From: Eledone cirrhosa
Lineage: Eukaryota
Direction of reading: 5' to 3'
NCBI GenBank assembly: GCA_964016885.1
Contig: OZ024752.1
Coordinates: 38,440,001-38,504,000 of the forward strand
Length of the DNA stretch: 64,000 nucleotides
Part shown: positions 13,740-26,947 of the stretch, in pieces
Layout of the letters: every line of letters begins with the position of its first letter
How positions within the stretch are numbered: the stretch's first letter is position 1
Program-made: the position numbers and the translations under genes
The notes under the pieces: model-generated
What the model was told of the DNA's origin: nothing
Seen by the model: only the letters and a program-made list of their open reading frames with translations
The model's database searches: none

Positions 13740-14070
13740 GGAGGCACATGGCTTAGTGGTTAGAGCATTGGCCTTGCAATCGAAAGGTTGTGAGTTCAAT
13801 TCTCAGACCGGGTGATGTGTTGTTTCCTTGAGTAAGACACTTTATTTCACATTGCTCCAGTTTACTCAGCTGTAGAAATGAGATGATAGGGACTGGGGTC
13901 CCTATCATTCCACTGCAAAGTGGTCGTGGAGGTACCACGGCAAAAAAGCACCCAGCACTCACTGTAAATGAGGTTGGTGTTAGGAAGGGCATCCAGCTGT
14001 AGAAATCAAGCCAGAATCAGTTCCCGTACCACCCTTGCAAGCAGGGAAAAATGGACGTAAAATGAAATGA
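13740..14070 (+). mobile_element. Young tRNA-derived CORE-like SINE with an RTE-type tail; near-identical copies at 8480-8812(-), 15654-15985(+), 18505-18833(-), 19350-19684(-), 19813-20140(+), 21865-22169(-), 26571-26906(+)
   Basis: A box TGGCTTAGTGG, B box GAGTTCAATTC, CORE-like CCTTGAG(C/T)AAGACACTT, tail shared with the RTE LINE. Confidence 0.85.
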
Positions 14071-14409
14071 AATGATGAAATGAGAAACTGTGGAGAGGCC
14101 CCATCATGTATCATCATCATCCTCATCACCATCACCACCACCATCATCATCATCATTATTTTATATTTGCTTTCTGTGCCGGCATGGGTTGAACAAGTTG
14201 CCACAGTTTAAGACTGGATGAATTGGAGAACCTCATCTTGCACTTATGTTTCATTTGGAGCATGGTTTCTATGGGTGGATGTGCTCCCTAATACCAATTA
14301 CTTTACAGAGTGTACTAGGTACATTTTATTGTGGTATAAGCACTACCATATTCATGATATGGAGAAAGGGGAAGGGAAAATCATATCAGTGAAGGATTAA
14401 TATTATTTT

Positions 14410-14625
14410 CATTCATCATCATTTTTACATCCATTTTTCCATGCTGGCATGGGTTGGACAAGTTCTTCTCAACACTGTATCTCTCCACTTGCCATGTTCC
14501 CTTGTCATCTCCTCTGTGAATCTCAACGATTTGAGGTTAGCTCTCACCACCTTTTCCCAGGTCTTTCTTGGTCTAACTCGACTGCGGGCTTCCTTCCACT
14601 GGGTTTTCCTGGCACTCCATCGTCT
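14410..14625 (-). mobile_element. RTE LINE 3' fragment
   Basis: RSRVRPRKTWEKVVRANLKSL...KWRDTV plus a (TGA)n tail. Confidence 0.7.
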
Positions 14626-17211
14626 TTCATTGTAAATACTGGATTCAAATCCCGACATGTTTTACTTTTATTCTGATTTTATAAGCAAAGTACAGCCTTC
14701 TCTGTAATTACATGAACAAAATCACTAACTAAATGTGTAAGATTGATTGGTATAGAAAACTAAAAATTGTTCAGAGATGATGTCTAAATTATAATAACTT
14801 ACTCAGGTTTGCTTAAAATAGGGATGAGGTACATCCATAAAACGTTTTACTGCAATTATATATGCATGTATGGTCATGCTGGTGACATAACAAAAAGCAT
14901 CCAGTTCACCCTGTGGGGTGGTAGTGCTGGTGACTCAGTGAAATAGGGCCCAGTCTACTCTGTAAGGTGGTCATGCTGGTGATACGATGAAAAAGCACCC
15001 ATTCCACCCTGTTAGATGATCATTTTGGTGCTATGATAAAAAGTACCTAGTCCACCCTATTTGGTGGTCATTTTGGTGCTATGATAAAAAGCACCCAGTC
15101 CACACTGTAATGTGGTTGGCATTAGGACAGGCATCCAGCCATAAAAACCAAGCCAAAATACAGATCCACATCAGCAAGACCTGGTCATTAACCTGACTTG
15201 TCTGATAACATGACAACATGTCTAAGCCATGCAAGCATCGGAAAAGGGATGCTAAATGGTGACAGTGATAGGTCAAGTAATTATAAATATAAGCCAAAAT
15301 TTTCGACAATAACAACTACAGCCAAGACGACACTGTATTCTAACTTGTATGTTAGAGATTAAATCAAATATGATTAAGTAATTCAATTGTAAACAACAGT
15401 TACTAATATAAATCAGATTATTTGATTGACTGATTTGATTTCTGTTTTTGTTACTATTAGTATAATTCAAGAAAACAAGTCCAGTCATGTTCTATTATTG
15501 ACTTATTTTTTCTTTTGGGGGGATAAAAAACCATTATATGAAGTTTGGAATTTTGTCAAACTGACATAATTGTGACGTAAGAGAAGTCCGGATCTCTGTC
15601 AGTTTTCATGTTGTTTTGATTAATATAGAACAGCCTACTAATTAAATTAACTTGAGGCACATGGCTTAGTGGTTAGAGCATTGGCCTTGCAATCGAAAGG
15701 TTGTGAGTTCAATTCTCAGACCGGGTGATGTGTTGTTTCCTTAAACAAGACATTTTATTTCACGTTGCTCCAGTTTACTCAGTTGTAGAAATGAGATTAT
15801 AGGGACTGGGATCCCTATCATTCCACTGTAAAGAGGTCGTGGAGGTACCACGGCAAAAAAGCACCCAGCACTCACTGTAAATGAGGTTGGTGTTAGGAAG
15901 GGCATCCAGCTGTAGAAATCAAGCCAAAATCAGTTCCCGTCCCACCTTTGCAAGCAGGGAAAAGTGGACGTAAAATGAAATGATGACCATGCACACCAGT
16001 CTCCCCCACTCCACGCCCCCAATGTTGTCCAAGGGAAAAGGCAAAGGTTGATACAACTTAGCACCAAAGTTATTGCAATGTATATATACACTATATATAT
16101 ATATGTAGGAGGTGAGTTTTATTGTAGCACAATAAAGCAATGCAAATATGTTGATTTAAAACTTCACTATTCACAAGTGTTTTTTAAGCTTCATATCATG
16201 TATCCCTATTTTATCTGATGAGAATGCAGATATAATCCCATGATGATATTTGTTTTTGAAATGCGCATAATAAAATACTTGGAACTCTTTTAACCATCTT
16301 TTGATCTTATATTATATATATATATACTATATGTCATTTTATTAACACACTATATATGATGTTTTCCAAGAGGAAGGCAAAGGCTGATACAGCTTGACAC
16401 CAGTGATCTTGTAATTTATATATATACTATAGTCAGTAGGCACCTCTAACAAAAATACACCCCCGTCTCTCTACCCCCACCCCATCCACGCCACCCCTTT
16501 CAATGTAAAGTTATGTTGGTACCACCACATCCAGTCCGAAACAAATGAGGTCGTGTAGGTGTCACGACAAAAAAACACACAGTCCACGCTGTAATGTGGC
16601 CATGTAGGTAACACGGTAAAAACCTCCCAGTTCACACTGTAAACGTGGTTGGTGTTAGGAAGGGCATCCAGCCGTAGAAAACCCTGCCAGACAGTCCTAT
16701 GCGAGCAAGACAAACACTCTTGCCTCAAGTGGGAAAACTTTCGTCCAAACCCATGCAAGCGTGGAAGATGGACGTTAAACGATGATGATGATGATGATGA
16801 TACTATATCATTTTATTAACACACTGCATACATTATATATGATGTCCAATGAAAAAGACAAAGGGCGATACAGCTTGGCAACAGTGACCTTGCAACTCAC
16901 TTCTACATCTGAGTGAACTGGAGCAACATGAAATAAAGTGTTTTGCTCAAGGACTCAACACACCACCCTGTTTGAGAATCAAACTCACAAGGTCATGATT
17001 TTGAATCCGACACTCTAACCACCTAGTCACACACCTTTACTTGTACTATGTATACTACTTCTTAATAAGTGGACCATAGTTACTGAGTGTTTCATTTTTC
17101 TAAATACTGCATCCTAATAGAACTTTCTCAATTTGTAAATGCAGATATCCTTCTTTGCTATGTGATGATACATACCTAATTAAGAAATCTTTACTTCATT
17201 TCAGTTTCAAG

Positions 17212-17358
17212 ATGGTTGATCAGCCTGAGCACTCACAGAGTGTATTGGCTCGGGGTGTGAAGATCACAGAATTTTCTGGAGACCAAATCAACCCGCAGCC
17301 AGTTACCTGTGAGGAGACCGATGTTTTGTTACGACAATATCTCTCTCCAAGAAAACTT
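17212..17358 (+). CDS. LRRC56: LRRC56 first coding exon (acceptor before 17205, so a non-coding exon lies upstream)
   Basis: tttcag|tttcaagATG MVDQPEH...YLSPRKL|gtaaat. Confidence 0.9.
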
Positions 17359-17522
17359 GTAAATTTCTTTTGGAATTTGAAATTTTTTTTTCCCTGAAAC
17401 ATGCATATCAATATAACATACACTGGGAATATATCAGTGTGTGTGTGTGTGTGAACCTAATATAATTGTGTAAAATTGCCTCCTGTGTTTTGTTTGTTCA
17501 TTTTCAACTATATATGTGTGTG

Positions 17523-17555
<33 letters not shown>

Positions 17556-19686
17556 GGCCCTCTGTGTAACAGTGAGAGGTAGAAGCATGGGAACACCATT
17601 TACTGACATGTAATCACATGCACACACATATGTGTTATACTGAGAATTGCAATAGATGTGAAAGTAGTGGTGTTATCAGTAGGGATATTGGTTAATGGAG
17701 GTGATGGGTGGGATAAGGAGGGGAAAGTAAGGATTAGTTTTCCTTTCATTGTTTACTTCACACACTTTACACTGTGACAAATATATCATTACTCTGTTTA
17801 ACCCTTTAGCATTTACATTACTCTATATATACTATTATATTTTCATGGTAAGCACTTTATCTCGCATAAATATCTAACATATTATCGAATCTACAAGATT
17901 TTAATATTATTCATTTTGAGAACTGTACCTTAACATAAGTATGAGCAGCCAGTTTGAACAGAAAGAGGTGAGAGAATTCTAGCCGGATACGGCCGGTTTA
18001 AATGCTAAGGGGTTAAAATCACATTCACAACAGAACGATAATCAATCATTTAAGAGTGCTTAATTATTTACAATTTACATAATTATGGAATATATTCTAA
18101 TTAAGTTATGTAAAGAAAAATTATTATTATTGGTATTTAGGGTAGTGGATTGGCAGAATCGGTAGAGCATTGGACTAAATGCTTAGAACCATTTAGATAC
18201 AGCCCTTTATGTTATGAAATCAAATCCTGCTGAGGTCAAATTTGGTTCTCATCTTTCTGGGAGTGAATAAAACAAAGTACCAGTCATGAAGTGGGTTCAA
18301 TGTAATCGACTTTCTCTACCCCACAACTTGTTGACCTTGTGCCTAAATTAGATATAATTATTAGTATTGGTAGACCGTCAGAAAACATAGCTCCCGCTCA
18401 GGGAAGCCCAACACTCTAACCACTAAACCATGCACCTTCACTGTAGTTTTATGTGTGTCAGCAGGGAAAAGTGGACATAAAACGATGATGATCATCATCA
18501 ACATTCATTTCATTTTACGTCCGTTTTCCCTGCTTGCAAGGGTGGGACGGGAACTGATTCTGGCTTGATTTCTACAGCTGGATACCCTTCCTAACACCAA
18601 CCTCATTTACAGTGAGTGCTGGGTGATTTTTTGCCGTGGCACCTCCACGACCACTTTGCAGTGGAATGATAGAGACCCCAGTCCCTATCATCTCATTTCT
18701 ACAGCTGAGTAAACTGGAGCAATGTGAAATAAAGTCTCTTGCTCAAGGAAACAACACATCACCCGGTCTGAGAATTGAACTCACAACCTTTCGATTGCAA
18801 GGCCAATGCTCGAACCACTAAGCCATATGCCTCCATAATATACATATATGTGCGTGTGTGTATATATATGATTGCAGATTTCATTTCTTTTTCACATTTT
18901 CTGTTGTTTTCATATTTGAATGTGATTTTGGGGGTATCATTGACGGTGTCATCACATTTCACTCTCCCCCTTCCCCCCTCGCTTCTCTCACCAGTTCATT
19001 TTTCAACAGATATCTACATAGATCCCCCTTTCATATTTTTGGCTGGCCTGCATTGTGTGTGTGTGTGTGCATTGTTTGTTTTCACATGTGAAATCAGCCA
19101 ATCCTAAGCTTACCCCTCTCTGTTATTCTGCTATTCTCAGCCAGTCATCTGTTCTCATCCATCTGCCATCACATTGTGACTTTCATCTAATCTATTTAGA
19201 TTATTCCTCTGTGTGTGAAACCCACTTCACATTGGTGAAACTCTACAGTAACAGTGTATTGGATTAGCAAAAATACATTTTTTTTACTAGTATTGAGTAC
19301 TTTTTCTCCTGTTCATTAAAGCCAATAGCTACATATGTGTGAGTCTGTATCATCATTTCATTTTACGCCCGCTTTTTCCCTGCTTGCAAGGGTGGGACGG
19401 GAACTGATTCTGGCTTGATTTCTACAGCTGGATGCCCTTCCTAACACCAACCTCATTTACAGTGAGTGCTGGGTGCTTTTTTGCCGTGGTACCTCCACGA
19501 CCACTTTGCAGTGGAATGATAGGGACCCCAGTCCCTATCATCTCATTTCTACAGCTGAGTAAACTGGAGCAATGTGAAATAAAGTGTCTTGCTCAAGGAA
19601 ACAACACATCACTCGGTCTGAGAATTGAACTCACAACCTTTCGATTGCAAGGCCAATGCTCTAACCACTAAGCCATGTGCCTCCAT

Positions 19687-19730
<44 letters not shown>

Positions 19731-21190
19731 CACTCTGCTTTTCTTAAGTATAGAATACTAAGTTGAATAATGGTCTTACTAGTCTTAACTAGTAACATCT
19801 TATATATATATAGCTTAGTGGTTAGAGCATTGGGCTTGCAATGGAAAGGTTGTGAGTTCAAATCTCAGACCGGGTGATGTGTTGTGTCCTTGAGCAAGAC
19901 ACTTTATTTCACATTGCTCCAGTTTACTCAGCTGTAGAAATGAGATGATAGGGACTGGGGTCTCTATCATTCCACTGCAAAGTGGTCGTGGAGGTGCCAC
20001 GGCAAAAAAAGCACCCAGCACTCACTGTAAATGAGGTTGGTGTTAGGAAGGGCATCCAGCTGTAGAAATCAAGCCAAAATCAGTTCCCGTCCCACCCTTG
20101 CAAGCAGGGAAAAGCAGACGTAAAATGATGATGATGATGATATATAAATATATACAAAGTGTTAAAACGATCAAATTTTAGTTTAGAACATTTATTAGCT
20201 GACAATTGTTTCTTCCAGAGGGAAGTCCGGAATCATCAAAGCATAAGGAATGTTGAAAACGTGTAACTAGAATCCTAGTCATTTAGAACATTTAGGGTAC
20301 ATAGTTGTTATTAGTGTCAAAGGCATCATGTGGAGATTGAGGAGTTAAAAAGATGTTCTACTTGAAAGGACACAATTACAGGTAGCACTCGTTGGAAGTA
20401 TAATAGGTATAATTAAAAAGCACAAGCAAAAAAAATATCTTAAGCTAGAAAAAATATCATAAGCTAGAAAATATATATATATATATATATATCATCATCA
20501 TCATCATCATCGTTTAATGGCTATCTTCCACGCTAGCATGGGTTAGATGGGAATTGTCCTACTTGTGGCAAGATTGATTGGGTGACCGTGTCTCGCTTGT
20601 ATAGGACTATAATAATAATAATAATGAAATTATTGTGTACAGTGCTCAGGTGCACTACAACTCATCAAAGGTGCATGTATAGTACATAGAATAATGTACA
20701 AATGTCAGGAAAATAAACAGTATATATATATATATAATAATATATAGTAAGAAACACAGTAAACCGTGTGTCTAAAATTACAAGGGTTGAAAGACCACAT
20801 TTGTTTGAAATATTTAACCAAGAAGCAGACAGAATGATAAAATATACAAACCGCCTCAATAACCATTATATCTCTCGGACAGATTATCCCTAATCTGTTT
20901 CGCCCTGAGTCTGTTTGTAATGAAGCCCAGGATTATCTGTTACAAACACACTCAGGGCGAAACAGATTAGGGATAATCTGTCCGAGAGATATAATGGTTA
21001 TTGAGGCGGTTTGTATATTTTATCATTCTGTCTGCTTCTTGGTTAAATATTTCAAACAAATGTGGTTTTTCAACCCTTGTAATTTTAGACACACGGTTTA
21101 CTGTGTTTCTTACTATATATTATTAATCGGCTCAGTATTTATACTTGGAGCTTAATAGTTACAGGGTTCCAATTGAGTTTTAACTCTAAT

Positions 21191-21253
<63 letters not shown>

Positions 21254-24200
21254 TATATACACACACACACACATATATATATGCATACACATACACACAT
21301 ACATACTTACATATGTACATACACACACACACACATATATATATATATATGCATACACACACATACATACTTACATATGTACATATACACACACACACTC
21401 ACTTTTTTTGCTGGCTATGGCTGAAATGCCTTTGATAATTATAAGTCTAATCAATCAGGACTGATCTCTGACTAAACAATAGCAACAAAAACAACAGCAG
21501 CAACAACAACAAAAATAATTGGCATTTACCCAAACAATTTCATTTTCTTTTAATTTTAGTGTCTTTTATCTGGAGTTGATGACCTCGAAGATGTGAAGTC
21601 CTTGGAACTTGTAGTGGACACATCAGAAATGAGTCTTGGAAACTTTGGTTCCCTTGTTCCAAATCTGTGGGAACTAAAACTCTCTACGAGTGTCATACAT
21701 TCTATAAGGTATGTTAGCTGTAACACTTCTATGTGGAATCAAGGCATTTAATATCTAATCGGTTGGAGAAATTGGAGCTAGTAATAACGTCTGTACAGAT
21801 TTCTTCGTATTTGATTTGGCGATGAAGTGTTGTCGCCACTGTTGTTGCTATTGTCATCACCATTATCATCATCATCATCATCATCATTTTACGTCCGCTT
21901 TTCCCTGCTTGCAAGGGTGGGACGGGAACTGATTTCTGGCTTGATTTCTACAGCTGGATGCCCTTCTTAACACCAACCTCATTTACCACTTTGCAGTGGA
22001 ATGATAGGGACCCCAGTCCCTATCATCTTATTTCTACAGCTGAGTAAACTGGAGCAATGTGAAATAAAGTGTCTTGCTCAAGGACACAACACATCACCCG
22101 GTTTGAGAATTGAACTCACAACCTTTCGATTGCAAGGCCAATGCTCTAACCACTAAGCCATGTGCCTCCATTATCATCATCATAATATCATCGTTGTCGC
22201 CATCATCATTGTCAGCCTCAACATCATCACCATTATCATCATCATAATCATCATGAATGCTTTTACATCATCGTTTTCCATTGCTGGTATGGAGTAGACT
22301 AGGGCATTACTAGCACTTTATTTTATTGACCCCCCCATAAGGATGAAAGGCAAAGCTCACCTCAGCAGGATCTGAACTCAGGGTCATAATAATATACTGC
22401 AAAGTATGTTGTTCGATGCTCTACCGATTCTGCCACTACATCAATAAAAGGCTGTATCAGATGATGAGATGCTGTGCTGCAGAAGTTCAAGCAAAATAAA
22501 AAAAAAGATGAATACAAAAATGATGAAGATGGTGAACGAATAATAAAGACTATTATTTATTGGCACACTTCTTATTCTTATCTAATTAGTGTTTTACTTC
22601 ATTTGGTGTCAATTACAGTCATTAAAGTCTTCTGACAAAGGGTTTTTAGACCCAAAATATTAGGACATGTAAATATAATAACAGGTGACAAACCAGCATC
22701 TTGGTTTCCTTCAGTTTCTTCCAAAATCTACCGTCCATTTTGTCATACCCTCCAAATAACATACATACTGCTTTATTTTCTAAGGTATTTAATCAAACTC
22801 CAGCATGTGGGTATAAAAAAAAAAATTGTCCGGACATGAAATAGTGAAGTAAAATGATTTAATTGAAACAAGAGTAGATAATATTGTTATTAAAATATAA
22901 ATGTTGTGAATGTCATAAGATAAATGCATTCACAAGTATAAGTGATGCATTGATAGAACTGGTTCAAGGTTATGCCTGGTAGATTAATTTTAACTTAAAA
23001 CCGTTTCAGTTAAACAAATCGCAATTGTTGTTGTTTAAACTCCATATCAGCCATGAATGCGCAGGCCTGTTATCAAAGACACACCAGCTATCACCATCCT
23101 GCCTATTTTAGACATTGTGTACTCTAGACTATCAAATGTCATCATCATCGTTGTCGTTTTTATGGCTGTTTTTCCATGCTTGTTTAAGTTGGACGGGTCC
23201 TTCTCAGCACATCTCTACTCGCTGTGTTTTTTTTTTGTTTTGTTTTTTGTCATCTCCTCTGTGAGTCTCAGCAATTTGGGGTCAACTCTCAGTATCTCTG
23301 CCCAGGTCTTTCTTGGTTTACCTCTACTGCGGGCTTTCTTCCACTTGGATCTCCTGGCACCTCTTCACCCAGTGATCATCATCCATGCACATCAAATGTC
23401 CGTACCAATGCAGTATTCTCTTTTGCACATCAATTTGGATTCCTCTTAACACTTTAGCATTTAAAACAGCCATATCCGGCCAGAATTCTCTCACCTCTTT
23501 CTGTTGAAACCGGCTGTAACCGACCACTCATACTGATGTTAAGGTATTGTTCTCAAAATAAATAATATGAAAATCCCATAGATTCGATATTATGTGAGGT
23601 AAAGCCTTTGCCATGATAATATAGGAGTATATATAGAGTAAAGTAAATGCTAAAGGGTTAAACCCAGTGTCTCCCTCAGTTCATCCAAGCTCTGTCTATC
23701 CCTCACATTTACATTGCACATCCAACGAAGCAATGGTTGTTTCATTTCTCACCAGTCTACACATGCCCTCTTTTGTCACTGCCCATGTTTCACTACCATG
23801 CAGCATGGTACTTCACACATAGGTGTCATTGTTTTTTTTTTGTGGGGGGGGGGGGGGGGGGGGGTTGTACAGCACAATTTAGCGGGCTAAATGTTTGGTA
23901 TTGAGTACGAGACTTAAAATTGTCTGTCACGAACTCCATTATTTTCCGGATTGGCAGTATCGGTAGAGGGTCGGACGCCATGTTGTCCAGCATAGTTACG
24001 TCCCTTTACGATATGAGTTCAAATCCCGCCGAGGTTGACTCTGCCTTTCATCCTTACGGGGTCGATAAAATAAAGTACCAGTAATGCACTGGGTAATTGC
24101 TGGCCTTGTGCCTAAAGTAGAAACAATTATTTTCCTTATCATTGAAATTAGTTGTTCATCTCTATATTTCTGTCTTTTGTCCAGAGATCTTGGATCCTCC

Positions 24201-25614
24201 CTCCACGGATTAAATATTTTATGGATGTCACGCTGTGGTCTCCAAGATTTAGATGGTATCGGATCTCTGTCAAATCTAAAAGAACTTTATCTCTCCTTCA
24301 ATAAAATATCAGAAATAAGTTCTCTCAGTATGCTGGAATACTTAGAAATCTTGGACTTAGAATGGTGAGTAGAAACTCAAATTTTATACATTATTTTATT
24401 TAGCCTGTACATTGTATCCTTGAGCAAGACATTTTATTTCACGTTGCTCCAGTCTGTCTATTTAGCTGAGGGAAAAATGAGCTGTACATGTGGTTCAGAA
24501 GGCCAGGCCAGTCTGATCACTGTGTGTCATGCTGAATCTCCCTGAGAATTGCCTTCAAAAGGCCAGGTCAGTCATGTCACATACTGAATCTTCCTGAGAA
24601 TTACCTTCAAAAGGCCAGGCCAGTAATGTTACATACTGAATCTTCCTGAGAATTACTTTTAAAAGGCCAAGCCAGTCATGTTACATACTGAATCTTCTTG
24701 AGAATTACCTACAAAAGGCCAGGTCAGATATGCCACATACTGAATCTTCCTGAAATTAACTTTCAAAAGGCCAGGCTAGTCATGTCGTATACTGAATCTC
24801 CCTGAGAATTACTTTCAAGAGGCCAGGTCAGTCTTGTCACAAGCTGTGTTATTCTGAATCTCCCCGAGAATCACTTTCAAAGGGCCAGGCCAGTCAAAAC
24901 ACATACTGAATCTCCCTGAGAATTACTTTCAAAAGACCAGGCCAGTCAAATCACATACTGAATCTCCCTGAGAATTACTTTGAAGGAGTACATGTTTCAG
25001 CTAGAATGGTCAGTTAAGTTATTTGTCTGTTAATTTGATAGGAGTCTGCTCCATTAATCAAACAACTGGAACACTCTTCGTCGTTAGAACTGACTGAAGT
25101 CCAACACATACACACAGACATTTATAGTGTGTGTGGGGGGGGGGGTCTGTTTACTGAAAACTGAATTATGCTACAGTGGTTCTGATAAAACACTTTCTTC
25201 TCTCTCCCTTCCGCAAACATGACCTTGATGAAAGAGAAAATTGATATGTTATTCCCCTGATCATTTAATGCACCTAACCGAAACTATGCTACATTATTGA
25301 ATTCAAAACCTCAATGGCTTTTTTTGGAACAGATATATTTTTAAGTAACTTGCATTGTTAATATTTCTTGAAATATTATATTCTACATGCATTGTTCTAC
25401 AGACTTTTGAAAATTTTGGTAATCAAAAAATCTTTTCTTTTTTTTTTTTCCTGTAATCTAAAACTTTTGTTTTAACAATTATATCTCAAGTATAAACAAT
25501 TTGTGCCAGCTGCATAGTATATATATATGTATATATATATACACACACACTCTCTGCATCTCCCCATGTATCAAGTACTCCCATGATTAGTGGTCCCTCT
25601 GTTTCAGCACCTCA

Positions 25615-25705
<91 letters not shown>

Positions 25706-26916
25706 TATATAAATCAGGAAAGAAGGTTGACATGGTTTGCTATACAAAAAAGGTTTTTAATCTCATAGCTGACAATTGTTTCTCTGAACTGGTAGGTCTA
25801 GAGATCGCCATTCTCACAAGCTCCGAAGAACTGACTGGTTATAATTTTGTATTGGCGATCGAGTAACGTGAAAATAAGCGAATAGCGATCTCTAGACCTA
25901 CCAGTTCAGAGAAACAATTGTCAGCTATGAGATTAAAAACCTTTTTTGTATAGCAAACCATGTCAACCTTCTTTCCTGATTTATTATTACTCCAAATGTT
26001 TACAACATAGGAATTACAGCATACCCGCAGCATCACTATGAAAACGCCTTGTTGAGTCAAACCAAGCCAAGCGTTAATATCATCCACTACCTGGAATACC
26101 ATAACTGGACTATACCTAAGTGGACTGCATTTAACTATTATTTGTTACCCCGTATACATATATATATATATATATATTGTTATACTTTGGGAGGGTCATG
26201 TTGCCAATACATACATACATATATATGTATGTATGTATGTTCTTTTTGGTAAATATCATCTTGGTTAAGAGAGTGGGACTGGCTTTGTGCAGTGCTTTTG
26301 CTCACTATAAAAGCTTCACGGCACAGGCATTGCTTTATATCTGGAGATCTCTCTGCACTTGTCATCACATGATACCATGGGCCCAGCACTATGTGTCAAT
26401 AATTGTCACAAGTGTAGTGTTTGTACCAGAGTTTTCAAGTCGCTGGCTGGATTAAAAAGTCACTCATTCAGCACATCGGTAGGGGATTTCCTACATGGAT
26501 ATAAATTAGTGGCCGTACTCAAAAACGAGTTGGCAGCCACCATGTATGTATGTATGTATATAAATAAATGTGGAGGCACATGGCTTAGTGGTTAGAGCAT
26601 TGGCCTTGCAATCGAAAGGTTGTGAGTTCAATTCTCAGACCGGGTGATGTGTTGTTTCCTTGAGTAAGACACTTTATTTCACATTGCTCCAGTTTACTCA
26701 GCTGTAGAAATGAGATGATAGGGACTGGGGTCCCTATCATTCCACTGCAAAGTGGTCGTGGAGGTGCCACAGCAAAAAAGCACCCAGCACTCACTGTAAA
26801 TGAGGTTGGTGTTAGGAAGGGCATCCAGCTGTAGAAATCAAGCCAGAATCAGTTCACGTCCCACCCTTGCAAGCAGGGAAAAGCGGACGTAAAATGATGA
26901 TGATGATATATATATG

Positions 26917-26947
<31 letters not shown>

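Noticed and set aside
13740-13812. tRNA gene
   Set aside because: Has A/B boxes but no acceptor stem; it is a SINE head
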